A stretch of DNA of 64,000 nt, taken from assembly GCA_950097015.1 (NCBI GenBank), contig CATNEN010000033.1:1674001-1738000 (forward strand). Reading direction: 5' to 3'. How positions within the stretch are numbered: the stretch's first letter is position 1; each line of letters opens with the position of its first letter. This stretch comes from Macrostomum hystrix (lineage: Eukaryota > Animalia > Platyhelminthes). Under the pieces are notes generated by a model that saw only the letters and a list, made by a program, of their open reading frames with translations, was not told the origin of the DNA and did not search any database. The translations under genes were made by a program, and so were the position numbers. This document shows, piece after piece, positions 1 to 14,817 of this stretch.

Positions 1-172
1 GGATCAACTGTCTATGGCTAGAATCCATCGAGACAGATAATCGGATCAACTATCTATGGCTAGAATCCATCGAGGCAGATAATCGGATCAACTGTCTATG
101 GCTAGAATCCATCGAGGCAGGTAATCGGATCAACTGTCTATGGCTAGAATCCATCGAGGCAGATAATCGGAT
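1..172. repeat. 42-bp tandem repeat, ~4 copies (truncated by window edge), in PTP intron
   Basis: Unit GGATCAACTGTCTATGGCTAGAATCCATCGAGGCAGATAATC. Confidence 0.9.
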
Positions 173-190
173 ACATTATAAAAAACCCAC

Positions 191-3100
191 CCTGCTGTGC
201 ACCATGCCGGGGCGGCTGAGCCGCAAGGCGATGACTGCTGCGGGCACGTCGACCTGCTGGCTGGCGCGAACCGATTCGGCGCTGAAGGACAGAAGGCAAA
301 GTAGGACGCCGGTGCGGCCGACGCCGCTGTCGCAGTGCACCAAGGTCGGGCAGTCCGGTCGGGCGGAGTCGCTAACCTCGGCAGCGAAGGCGCAGAAGTC
401 CGCTGGTTCCAGGCCCGACCAGTCGCCGGTCATGGGGAGGCCCAAGTACTGCAGGTGTCTGAGGCGACGCGTCTCAGAAGAGCCTGCAGAGGACAAAGTT
501 AGCTCCCGACGAATCAGTTGGCCGCCGTCAAGCGCTTCCTCCGTCTCCATGGCAACAGAGTACTGCCCGTAGCAAACTGTGGAGCCAATGTGCTCTGGCC
601 AGTACTTGGCGCAGGCACTGCGACCCTGCTCGACGCAGTTGGTAACCATGGCAACGAGTCTAACGCCGGTCTCCCAGATCATCTGCCAGTGCTGTACGAG
701 GGTCTCCGGCAGGGGTCCCTGACTGGCGATGAACTGTCGATTGGCCAGACGCAGCGGGCTCGCGTTAATATAGTCGGAGGGCGCTCGTGTCAGCCGCATC
801 AGCGTGTCATCGCAGCCACCTCCCTCAGCGCTATCTGAGTCTCCATCATCGAGAGCGTCAGCGTCGTCGTCGGCAGACTTGGCGCTCTTTGGCACGGAGA
901 GTGTAACCCGGTTGGAGTCGTACGGCAGCACATTTGTGTAGCGGTTCTTCAGCGTGTTGCGCAGGCTCTGGCCGCACTCGACGCTGAAAATAAGCCGCTC
1001 GCAGTTCGACCCGATGAGGTTGAGCCGCTCCAGCTGCTTGTCCAGCTCCTCTTCGCCTTCCTTGGTCTGCAGCAGCCGGTTAGCGTGAATGGCGAAGCCG
1101 CTCAGCCGGATGGAGGTTCGACTGCGGATGATTCGGAGGCTGTTGGCTTTTAGCGGCTCCTGCTCTAGTGGAACTTATCTCCTGGTCTAGTGGAGTTTAT
1201 CTCCTGGTCTAGCGGAGTTATCTCCTGGTCTAGTGGAGCTTATCTCCTGGTCTAGTGGAGTTTATCTCCTGGTCTAGTGGAGTTTATCTCCTGGTCTAGT
1301 GGAGTTTATCTCCTGGTCTAGTGGAGCTTATCTCCTGGTCTAGTGGAGCTTATCTCCTGGTCTAGTGGAGCTTATCTCCTGGTCTAGTGGAGCTTATCTC
1401 CTGGTCTAGTGGAGCTTATCTCCTGGTCTAGCGGAGCTTAGATGGTGGTCTAGTGGAGCTTATCTCCTGGTCTAGTGGAGCTTATCTCCTGGTCTAGTGG
1501 AGTTTATCTCCTGGTCTAGCGGAGCTTATCTCCTGGTCTAGTGGAGCTTATCTCCTGGTCTAGTGGAGCTTATCTCCTGGTCTAGTGGAGTTTATCTCCT
1601 GGTCTAGCGGAGCTTATCTCCTGGTCTAGTGGAGCTTATATCCTGGTCTAGTGGAGCTTAGATGGTGGTCTAGTGGAGCTTATCTCCTGGTCTAGTGGAG
1701 CTTATCTCCTGGTCTAGTGGAGCTTAGATGGTGGTCTAGTGGAGCTTATCTCCTGGTCTAGCGAAGCTTATCTACTGGTCTAGTGGAGCTTAGATGGTGG
1801 TCTAGTGGAGCTTATCTCCTGGTCTAGTGGAGCTTATCTCCTGGTCTAGTGGAGCTTATCTCCTGGTCTAGTGGAGCTTAGATGGTGGTCTAGTGGAGCT
1901 TATCTCCTGGTCTAGCGAAGCTTATCTCCTGGTCTAGTGGAGCTTATCTCCTGGTCTAGTGGAGCTTATCTCCTGGTCTAGTGGAGCTTATCTCCTGGTC
2001 TAGTGGAGCTTAGATGGTGGTCTAGTGGAGTTTATCTCCTGGTCTAGCGGAGCTTATCTCCTGGTCTAGTGGAGCTTATCTCCTGGTCTAGTGGAGCTTA
2101 TCTCCTGGTCTAGTGGAGTTTATCTCCTGGTCTAGTGGAGTTTATCTCCTGGTCTAGCGGAGCTTATCTCCTGGTCTAGTGGAGCTTATCTCCTGGTCTA
2201 GTGGAGCTTATCTCCTGGTCTAGTGGAGTTTATCTCCTGGTCTAGCGGAGCTTATCTCCTGGTCTAGTGGAGCTTATCTCCTGGTCTAGTGGAGCTTATC
2301 TCCTGGTCTAGTGGAGTTTATCTCCTGGTCTAGCGGAGCTTATCTCCTGGTCTAGTGGAGCTTATATCCTGGTCTAGTGGAGCTTAGATGGTGGTCTAGT
2401 GGAGCTTATCTCCTGGTCTAGTGGAGCTTATCTCCTGGTCTAGTGGAGCTTAGATGGTGGTCTAGTGGAGCTTATCTCCTGGTCTAGCGAAGCTTATCTA
2501 CTGGTCTAGTGGAGCTTAGATGGTGGTCTAGTGGAGCTTATCTCCTGGTCTAGTGGAGCTTATCTCCTGGTCTAGTGGAGTTTATCTCCTGGTCTAGTGG
2601 AGTTTATCTCCTGGTCTAGCGGAGCTTATCTCCTGGTCTAGTGGAGCTTATCTCCTGGTCTAGTGGAGCTTATCTCCTGGTCTAGTGGAGTTTATCTCCT
2701 GGTCTAGCGGAGCTTATCTCCTGGTCTAGTGGAGCTTATCTCCTGGTCTAGTGGAGCTTATCTCCTGGTCTAGTGGAGCTTAGATGGTGGTCTAGTGGAG
2801 TTTATCTCCTGGTCTAGCGGAGCTTATCTCCTGGTCTAGTGGAGCTTATCTCCTGGTCTAGTGGAGCTTATCTCCTGGTCTAGTGGAGTTTATCTCCTGG
2901 TCTAGTGGAGTTTATCTCCTGGTCTAGCGGAGCTTATCTCCTGGTCTAGTGGAGCTTATCTCCTGGTCTAGTGGAGCTTATCTCCTGGTCTAGTGGAGTT
3001 TATCTCCTGGTCTAGCGGAGCTTATCTCCTGGTCTAGTGGAGCTTATCTCCTGGTCTAGTGGAGCTTATCTCCTGGTCTAGTGGAGCTTATCTCCTGGTC

Positions 3101-4555
3101 TAGTGGAGTTTATCTCCTGGTCTAGCGGAGCTTATCTCCTGGTCTAGTGGAGCTTATATCCTGGTCTAGTGGAGCTTAGATGGTGGTCTAGTGGAGCTTA
3201 TCTCCTGGTCTAGTGGAGCTTATCTCCTGGTCTAGTGGAGCTTAGATGGTGGTCTAGTGGAGCTTATCTCCTGGTCTAGCGAAGCTTATCTACTGGTCTA
3301 GTGGAGCTTAGATGGTGGTCTAGTGGAGCTTATCTCCTGGTCTAGTCGAGCTTATCTCCTGGTCTAGTGGAGCTTAGATGGTGGTCTAGTGGAGCTTATC
3401 TCCTGGTCTAGTGGAGCTTATCTCCTGGTCTAGTGGAGCTTATCTCCTGGTCTAGTGGAGCTTATCTCCTGGTCTAGTGGAGATTATCTCCTGGTCTAGT
3501 GGAGCTTATCTCCTGGTCTAGTGGAGCTTAGATGGTGGTCTAGTGGAGCTTATCTCCTGGTCTAGTGGAGCTTATCTCCTGGTCTAGTGGAGCTTATCTC
3601 CTGGTCTAGTGGAGCTTATCTCCTGGTCTAGTGGAGATTATCTCCTGGTCTAGTGGAGCTTATCTCCTGGTCTAGTGGAGCTTAGATGGTGGTCTAGTGG
3701 TCGTCACAAAATGGAATCAGGTTATTGATATAAAACTACAGCTGTTCTATCCGCAGGTGTAATGGTTGTACTTTTTAACAATTAAATAGTCGTACCGAAT
3801 ATCTACCTGGATGCTCTGCTCTTCTTTGGTTTTATGTCACTCTAATTTACCCGAAGCAGTAATTGCTTCAAGGTGAAAGCAGTTCTGAAACAGATTTCTC
3901 TTTTGGAAAAATTTCTGGAAGGCATTTTCTCAATTGCTACGAGCTAGTTTTAAGGCAAATTTCCCCACACCCGTCAGGGCACAGCCAATTGAGTTATTGC
4001 CTCATATTTATTCTCACGTGGGAACGTTTTTCTCCAGAAAAAAAGTTTGAACTCTTGAACTTTAACGAAGAATAAAGGCAAAAGTATAGAGTGTAAGAGT
4101 ACTTTGTGAGTCCGTCACTCACCTAAAATCCTTCAATTTAAGAGCCTGTCACTCTCCTACAATCCTTCAATTTAAGAGCCTGTCACTCTCCTACAATCCT
4201 TCAATTTAAGAGCCTGTCACTCTCCTACAATCCTTCAATTTAAGAGCCTGTCACTCTCCTACAATCCTTCAATTTAAGAGCCTGTCACTCTCCTAAAATC
4301 AATCAATTCAAAAGCCTGTCACTCACCTATCCTGGCACAAGCACAGAACTCTGTACTGTGTAAGAATCCTTCAGCCTACTGAATTCTAGGTGGGTCTCAC
4401 AGGCACTAAAGTCCAACTGCACGGCTCCCAAGCAAGCTGCTGACTGCTCACCTCTTCCGCTTGCCTCGCTTTCCGGTCGGGTGCAGCAGCTTCTTCACTC
4501 GGAGCTCTACCGAGTCCTCGTAGTCCTCGGCGGTGGCTGAGGCGCAGTTTCCCAT
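191..4555 (-). CDS. Non-receptor classical protein tyrosine phosphatase-fold protein, atypical (no WPD Asp); 3' exon(s) lie outside the window
   Basis: Exons 4555-4452 (MGNCASATAEDYED..., donor GTGAGC, phase 2), 4355-4327 (29-nt exon, phase 2 to 1) and 1164-191 (donor GTGGGT); phases join in frame. Motifs KNRYTNVLPYD, DYINAS, FIASQGP, CAKYWP, HCDSGVGRTG, SRPGMV. The 29-nt exon is less certain. Confidence 0.85.
1165..3700. repeat. 22-bp minisatellite, ~115 copies, in PTP intron
   Basis: Unit TAGTGGAGCTTATCTCCTGGTC with recurrent block variant TAGATGGTGG. Confidence 0.97.
4124..4330. repeat. 34-bp tandem repeat, ~6 copies
   Basis: Unit AATCCTTCAATTTAAGAGCCTGTCACTCTCCTAC. Confidence 0.9.
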
Positions 4556-5008
4556 TGCCTCGTATAACGAGTCGGGCCAGGTTTGGCGGAAGTAGCGATG
4601 CAGCCGCTGCGATGCCGAGCCAGCTCGCTACTTGCGGAACAAATCGGTAAAGAATCTGCTTAAGGACAGGCGCAGACAGTGACAGAGGAGCTCAGAGACG
4701 CAAGGGGAGGCACAGAATAATTGGATTCAGGCACTGAGGGAGACACGGGCGCACAGAGTCCGATACAACAGAAAAATTAACCCAACTCGAGCAGCTGATA
4801 AGGCAAATCAGCTCTACACATGAGCAGCCTTTATAATAGGGTCTGTGTGCTCTCTTCACTCTTGAAAAAGAGACTAGCGAGTTCACATGCGCTGGTACAG
4901 AGCTGATAAAAGCCCTGGCGGCCTCACACATGCATTAGAGTCGAGTGGTCCTGCGCCATTGGCTGACACTGAGCCAAGCGCTGCAGCTGTTAAATTGTTT
5001 TTCAGGAT

Positions 5009-7595
5009 GTGAGCCGGGGAAACTGGCCACACCAGGCACAGCAATCACAGTCATGTGAGCCGGGGAAACTGGCCACACCAGGCACAGCAATCACAGTCAT
5101 GTGAGCCGGGGAAACTGGCCACACCAGGCACAGCAATCACAGTCATGTGAGCCGGGGAAACTGGCCACACCAGGCACAGCAGTCACAGTCATGTGAGCCG
5201 GGGAAACTGGCCACACCAGGCACAGCAATCACAGTCATGTGAGCCGGGGAAACTGGCCACACCAGGCACAGCAATCACAGTCATGTGAGCCGGGGAAACT
5301 GGCCACACCAGGCACAGCAATCACAGTCATGTGAGCCGGGGAAACTGGCCACACCAGGCACAGCAATCACAGTCATGTGAGCCGGGGAAACTGGCCACAC
5401 CAGGCACAGCAATCACAGTCATGTGAGCCGGGGAAACTGGCCACACCAGGCACAGCAATCACAGTCATGTGAGCCGGGGAAACTGGCCACACCAGGCACA
5501 GCAATCACAGTCATGTGAGCCGGGGAAACTGGCCACACCAGGCACAGCAATCACAGTCATGTGAGCCGGGGAAACTGGCCACACCAGGCACAGCAGTCAC
5601 AGTCATGTGAGCCGGGGAAACTGGCCACACCAGGCACAGCAATCACAGTCATGTGAGCCGGGGAAACTGGCCACACCAGGCACAGCAATCACAGTCATGT
5701 GAGCCGGGGAAACTGGCCACACCAGGCACAGCAATCACAGTCATGTGAGCCGGGGAAACTGGCCACACCAGGCACAGCAATCACAGTCATGTGAGCCGGG
5801 GAAACTGGCCACACCAGGCACAGCAGTCACAGTCATGTGAGCCGGGGAAACTGGCCACACCAGGCACAGCAGTCACAGTCATGTGAGCCGGGGAAACTGG
5901 CCACACCAGGCACAGCAATCACAGTCATGTGAGCCGGGGAAACTGGCCACACCAGGCACAGCAATCACAGTCATGTGAGCTGGGGAAACTGGCCACACCA
6001 GGCACAGCAATCACAGTCATGTGAGCCGGGGAAACTGGCCACACCAGGCACAGCAATCACAGTCATGTGAGCCGGGGAAACTGGCCACACCAGGCACAGC
6101 AATCACAGTCATGTGAGCCGGGGAAACTGGCCACACCAGGCACAGCAATCACAGTCATGTGAGCCGGGGAAACTGGCCACACCAGGCACAGCAATCACAG
6201 TCATGTGAGCCGGGGAAACTGGCCACACCAGGCACAGCAATCACAGTCATGTGAGCCGGGGAAACTGGCCACACCAGGCACAGCAATCACAGTCATGTGA
6301 GCTGGGGAAACTGGCCACACCAGGCACAGCAATCACAGTCATGTGAGCCGGGGAAACTGGCCACACCAGGCACAGCAATCACAGTCATGTGAGCCGGGGA
6401 AACTGGCCACACCAGGCACAGCAGTCACAGTCATGTGAGCCGGGGAAACTGGCCACACCAGGCACAGCAATCACAGTCATGTGAGCCGGGGAAACTGGCC
6501 ACACCAGGCACAGCAATCACAGTCATGTGAGCCGGGGAAACTGGCCACACCAGGCACAGCAGTCACAGTCATGTGAGCCGGGGAAACTGGCCACACCAGG
6601 CACAGCAGTCACAGTCATGTGAGCCGGGGAAACTGGCTACACCAGGCACAGCAGTCACAGTCATGTGAGCCGGGGAAACTGGCCACACCAGGCACAGCAA
6701 TCACAGTCATGTGAGCCGGGGAAACTGGCCACACCAGGCACAGCAATCACAGTCATGTGAGCTGGGGAAACTGGCCACACCAGGCACAGCAATCACAGTC
6801 ATGTGAGCCGGGGAAACTGGCCACACCAGGCACAGCAGTCACAGTCATGTGAGCCGGGGAAACTGGCCACACCAGGCACAGCAATCACAGTCATGTGAGC
6901 CGGGGAAACTGGCCACACCAGGCACAGCAATCACAGTCATGTGAGCCGGGGAAACTGGCCACACCAGGCACAGCAGTCACAGTCATGTGAGCCGGGGAAA
7001 CTGGCCACACCAGGCACAGCAATCACAGTCATGTGAGCCGGGGAAACTGGCCACACCAGGCACAGCAATCACAGTCATGTGAGCTGGGGAAACTGGCCAC
7101 ACCAGGCACAGCAATCACAGTCATGTGAGCCGGGGAAAACTGGCCACACCAGGCACAGCAATCACAGTCATGTGAGCCGGGGAAACTGGCCACACCAGGC
7201 ACAGCAATCACAGTCATGTGAGCCGGGGAAACTGGCCACACCAGGCACAGCAGTCACAGTCATGTGAGCCGGGGAAACTGGCCACACCAGGCACAGCAAT
7301 CACAGTCATGTGAGCCGGGGAAACTGGCCACACCAGGCACAGCAATCACAGTCATGTGAGCCGGGGAAACTGGCCACACCAGGCACAGCAATCACAGTCA
7401 TGTGAGCCGGGGAAACTGGCCACACCAGGCACAGCAATCACAGTCATGTGAGCCGGGGAAACTGGCCACACCAGGCACAGCAATCACAGTCATGTGAGCC
7501 GGGGAAACTGGCCACACCAGGCACAGCAGTCACAGTCATGTGAGCCGGGGAAACTGGCCACACCAGGCACAGCAATCATAGTCATGTGAGCCGGG
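5009..7595. repeat. 46-bp minisatellite, ~56 near-identical copies
   Basis: Unit GTGAGCCGGGGAAACTGGCCACACCAGGCACAGCAATCACAGTCAT; period 46 checked (5055, 5101). Confidence 0.97.
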
Positions 7596-7880
7596 TCAGA
7601 TGAAACCAGGGAGGGGGCAAATACTAAATACCCAGAATTCGCGGCACAGACTTAGCAAGCCCTGTTCCTTTGCAGGGGGCTCAGCTGGCCCGTTCATTTG
7701 TTAAATAAATCCCACCGGTGCTCCATGAATCCCCTTCTGCACCTGCCGCCTCCTTATACCTGTGAGCAGTGCCACAGCGGATATGCGGGCTGCTAACCGG
7801 AGGCCGCCTCAAGCACTGCTCAATCAGATTCAGATGGATATAAGAGCTTGGGTGGGAAAGCGGAAATGCATGATTTGCAA

Positions 7881-8605
7881 AGCTAGCCTGAAGTATTTGT
7901 GAAATCTAGCCTGAAGTATTTGTGGAAGCTAGCCTGAAGTATTTGTGGAAGCTAGCCTGAAGTATTTGTGGAAGCTAGCCTGAAGTATTTGTGGAAGCTA
8001 GCCTGAAGTATTTGTGGAAGCTAGCCTGAAGTATTTGTGGAAGCTAGCCTGAAGTATTTGTGGAAGCTAGCCTGAAGTATTTGTGGAAGCTAGCCTGAAG
8101 TATTTGTGGAAGCTAGCCTGAAGTATTTGTGGAAGCTAGCCTGAAGTATTTGTGGAAGCTAGCCTGAAGTATTTATGGAAGCTAGCCTGAAGTATTTGTG
8201 GAAGCTAGCCTGAAGTATTTTTGGAAGCTAGCCTGAAGTATTTATTGAAGTTAGCCTGAAGTATTTGTGGAAGCTAGCCTGAAGTATTTGTGGAAGCTAG
8301 CCTGAAGTACTTGTGAGAGCCAGAATGAAGTATTTCTGGAAACTAGCCTGAAGTATTTGTGGAAGCTAGCCTGAAGTATTTGTGGAAGCTAGCCTGAAGT
8401 ATTTGTGGAAGCTAGCCTGAAGTATTTGTGGAAGCTAGCCTGAAGTATTTGTGGAAGCTAGCCTGAAGTATTTTTGGAAGCTAGCCTGAAGTATTTGTGG
8501 AAGCTAGCCTGAAGTATTTTTGGAAGCTAGCCTGAAGTATTTGTGGAAGCTAGCCTGAAGTATTTGTGGAAGCTAGCCTGAAGTATTTGTCGAAGCTAGC
8601 CTGAA
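7881..8605. repeat. 23-bp minisatellite, ~31 copies
   Basis: Unit GCTAGCCTGAAGTATTTGTGGAA. Confidence 0.95.
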
Positions 8606-8989
8606 GGTCTATTCGCAAAGATCAAAGCTCGGTCGCCTGTCAATTGGACCCATTGCACTTAAATCGCCTGTTTGCTTGGTTATTACTGGCCAGTGAAAAC
8701 CAGTCTCGATTTCTGATGACTAGACAAACACGCCGTGGGGTAGGAAATAAGTCGAAAATCTTTATGAACCAAGCTGAATTCAATCTCACAATGCATTCCA
8801 CAACAAGGTACTTCTTGGAATATGCCATTTATCAGATAAATTTTATTGCTAACAAACAGAAAACAATGATATCTGGTTACAAGGTTTAACATAGCTCTGG
8901 CTGGAATACGAAAATTAAAACAACTTTTATTCAGCTCACTGCTGAGTTCACAGCTTAGGGCAGTCGAATATGATAAATCTCACCACACT

Positions 8990-9149
8990 GGGGACTGGTC
9001 ATTGGCTTGGAGACTGCCATGTACATCAGGCAGTGGGGAATGACCATTGGCTTGGAGACTGCCATGTACATCAGGCAGTGGGGAATGACCATTGGCTTGG
9101 AGACTGCCATGTACATCAGGCAGTGGGGAATGGCCATTGGCTTGGAGAC
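8990..9149. repeat. 45-bp tandem repeat, ~3.5 copies
   Basis: Unit GGGGAATGACCATTGGCTTGGAGACTGCCATGTACATCAGGCAGT. Confidence 0.9.
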
Positions 9150-9774
9150 TTGTTAGACCTATATTAATATTTATTAAATATTTATTTATCGAGTAGCCCA
9201 AATTTAGATGCGAAAATATACAAATAAATGATTTGATTAATTTTCTTTAGGTGACAGAAAACACATAAAAATCTGGGAAAGGTGTCACAGCTCTATGAAA
9301 GAAAATGCAGAAAAAAATACAAGTTACATTTGTCCACTCATAAAACTGTAATTTATTTGACTCATCAGGAGCCTCTTGCAAAAAAGCTGCAAAAAATCCT
9401 CTATAAATAAAAACAATGGAATTGAACAACAAACAAGTAGATCAAAAAATCCTAATCCCACTACTGAATTAGTAAGTAGGCTAGACCTAAATCTCATTCA
9501 TTAGCCAATGACAGGAAATCAAGGAAGCAATATAGTTTAAAGTAAAGAAAAGCAGATAAGATATTTCAACGCACCAGACGAGGCAAATGTTGATAAGATC
9601 TGAAGTGCATTAAAGAAAACGGTGCACATCATACTACTTGCATGGATGAAAGTAGCCGATAGCTAACAGATCGAGAGCGCAAACAAGGAACAGAAATCCC
9701 CAGGGATAACAACAAAAACAAAAACGTTTACAGAACAATATAAATTGATTTGATATTGTTAGACTGAATGTGTC

Positions 9775-9980
9775 TTACAGACCAGACAGATTCTGTCAGG
9801 ATTTTACAGATCAGACAGGTTCTGTCAGGATTTTACAGATCAGACAGGTTCTGTCAGGATTTTACAGATCAGACAGATTCTGTCAGGATTTTACAGATCA
9901 GACAGATTCTGTTAGGATTTTACAGATCAGACAGATTCTGTCAGGATTTTACAGATCAGACAGATTCTGTTGGGATTTTA
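9775..9980. repeat. 29-bp tandem repeat, ~7 copies
   Basis: Unit CAGACAGATTCTGTCAGGATTTTACAGAT. Confidence 0.9.
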
Positions 9981-10059
9981 CTGTTGGTAATTGAGATCCA
10001 TATTATAAACTCAGAATCAATGCCATCAATACGTATCTATTTGATCGGCCGCAGGCAGC

Positions 10060-12490
<2,431 letters not shown>

Positions 12491-14518
12491 TTAGCAACAT
12501 AACTGCAAAAAACTTTTGTATTATATAAACAATATAGTGACACAATCTATTATGAATGTTATCATCTATGTTTTCATGTTTTTCATATATCAATTATAGA
12601 AACACTGTTATTTTGCCTTGTGAATGTCTTAGCTAAGTGTAAAAATATTAAATTATTAAGAATTTAAATATACTGTAAGTTCATTAAGATGATATATCTA
12701 TATGTTGGCTTCCTTTCAATATAATTCTCTTAGGATATTGAACTAGAGGTATAATACAAAGGAATAAAAAGTAAATTTTAATGTGGATGCCCATTTCATT
12801 GGTGACAGGTTGCAGAGTGTCTTTCTGGGTCCAAACCATCTATCCCATCTTTCTGCCAACAACTCTGTACTTTGCATTGTTAAATATAATGGAAAGAACT
12901 GCCGGCCAGGCCATTCCTCACGTTCCCTCTCTCCTGCTTGCCCTGCGAGCAAGGCTAGGCCTGAGACTCAACTGGGCTGCAAACAAGAAAGCAGAGCAGA
13001 ACAAAATGCTGTGTGACTCCATGGCCTTCTAAGCTGATAGGCAGAAGGAAAAAATGAAACAAAAATTGTTTAAATGAGAACATTTAAGAATCAAAACACT
13101 CCAATTTATTGAAGTCAGTATATATTAAGGGCATTATTTTTTAATTGTTAGTTAAACAGTTTTTCAGTAAAGTTTCATTTCCAATTGATGTGAAAACATT
13201 GGGAAATCATTTTGAAACAATGGGAAGCAATTGAACAATTGGAAATAATGATATGATGAGCCTCAAATGTTGTGTCCAAATTCTGAAGGATTGTGTGTCA
13301 CAATTCAGCAGGGGTTATAATAAGGGAGTTTGTATCCATAATAAATGATGGTGCTGCTGGGCAGCCTCCTGGCATGGTGTTATTAGACTTTCAGTGTGTG
13401 TTACTTAACAGTAGAAAATTAGTAGACCTGCTATAAATTAGCAGAATGCAGAAGATGTGCTAATAATTCCCCTGCCACTAACCAGCTCATCCCTTCTGGT
13501 CATAGACACTCCCAAGCATGTCAACCATTTTACTTTTACCCCCCTGCACTGAATGTTTGCCACAGACAAGTTCCACAGAATCCCAGAAGCAGCCCCAGTT
13601 TGTTAGGTACAAAAAAGCAACCTTAACAATTGAAATTCCAAGTTGTCCCATCTGAAATAAAACTTTTTAGAAAAACAGTTTAATGAACGAATTGAAAAGA
13701 ATGTCACTATTGCCTCTTAGTAATACTATATATATTTGAAAGGAAATTAAAAATATGAATTTTGCTTTTTTATAGACTAAATATTTACATTTTATTGATT
13801 AAGTAGCCAATCAATAGTACTATATATATGTTGATAGAACATTGCAGAGCCATAGATTCAGTCCCTAGATTTTGAGACAGCTGTTGCTGGGTTATAGAGT
13901 GAAGTGTAGCAAGAGATTGTTGTTTGAAATAAAATGTTTCAAAATGAGCTGAGCTCTTATTCTTTTTAATATTTAGCAACAAACAAAATAGAGTAACATA
14001 ATAAATAGGGCTATGGTCTTGAGCTATATCTTCAATGTAATATAACCCATACTTTTCCTGAAGATCTCAGATACGCCTGCATATAGTAGTTACGGTTTGT
14101 AGTGGTTGTATAATAATAACTGATAAAAATAACTAACTGAAAATTACAACAAAGTCCTAAAGCTTTAAAGCAAAGCCTAGGCTTATGTAAACATAGCCTC
14201 ATAAGCTATGATTTAGCTAAGCTAAAACGTAAAAGCTAAAACAGAAAAACGTTTTTCGCTTCTCCAGTTCAATAATCCAGTGCTCTAATAGCCATATGTA
14301 TAATTCAAGTCTACAATAAAGGCCAAATTGTAGTAAATATGTGAATGATATTTTCGCACGTGACATCAAGATGGAGAGCACATTTATTCCTCGCTTATTT
14401 AAGTCGACACACCTATTATTTTCTAAGAAACCACGGAACATTTGTATTTGCTTCGAAATGTGACACACGAGAATTCCTCAATTAGGTGTCGTAATTTTAA
14501 TCAAACGTAACCTTGTTA

Positions 14519-14768
14519 GGAAGTGGCTATTCGTACGGCAGTCCGGAAATATAAAATCCAATAATTCACCATGAGGAAGCTTGCCGCGGGTTGGCGAACA
14601 CGTATAATTTTATCATCTAACCGTGCAGAAAATTATCAAACAGTTTTTATTCATAAGAAAAATCTACAAGCATCGCAGTTTACATTTTAGATTTGTTATA
14701 ACTCGTTTCATCATTTCTTGGAAATGCACTACAAGATAGGAGATTCTGCCGTACGAATAGCCACTACC
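14519..14768. mobile_element. MITE with 9-bp TSD (Mutator-like)
   Basis: TIRs GGAAGTGGCTATTCGTACGGCAG / CTGCCGTACGAATAGCCACTACC (1 mismatch in 23); TSD ACCTTGTTA at 14510-14518 and 14769-14777. Confidence 0.85.
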
Positions 14769-14817
14769 ACCTTGTTACGTTTAAACTAAATTAAAGCTTG
14801 GTTCAGGTTGCACTTAG

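Noticed and set aside
5009-7595. CRISPR-like appearance of the regular 23-46-bp arrays
   Set aside because: No unique spacers, no cas genes, eukaryotic context
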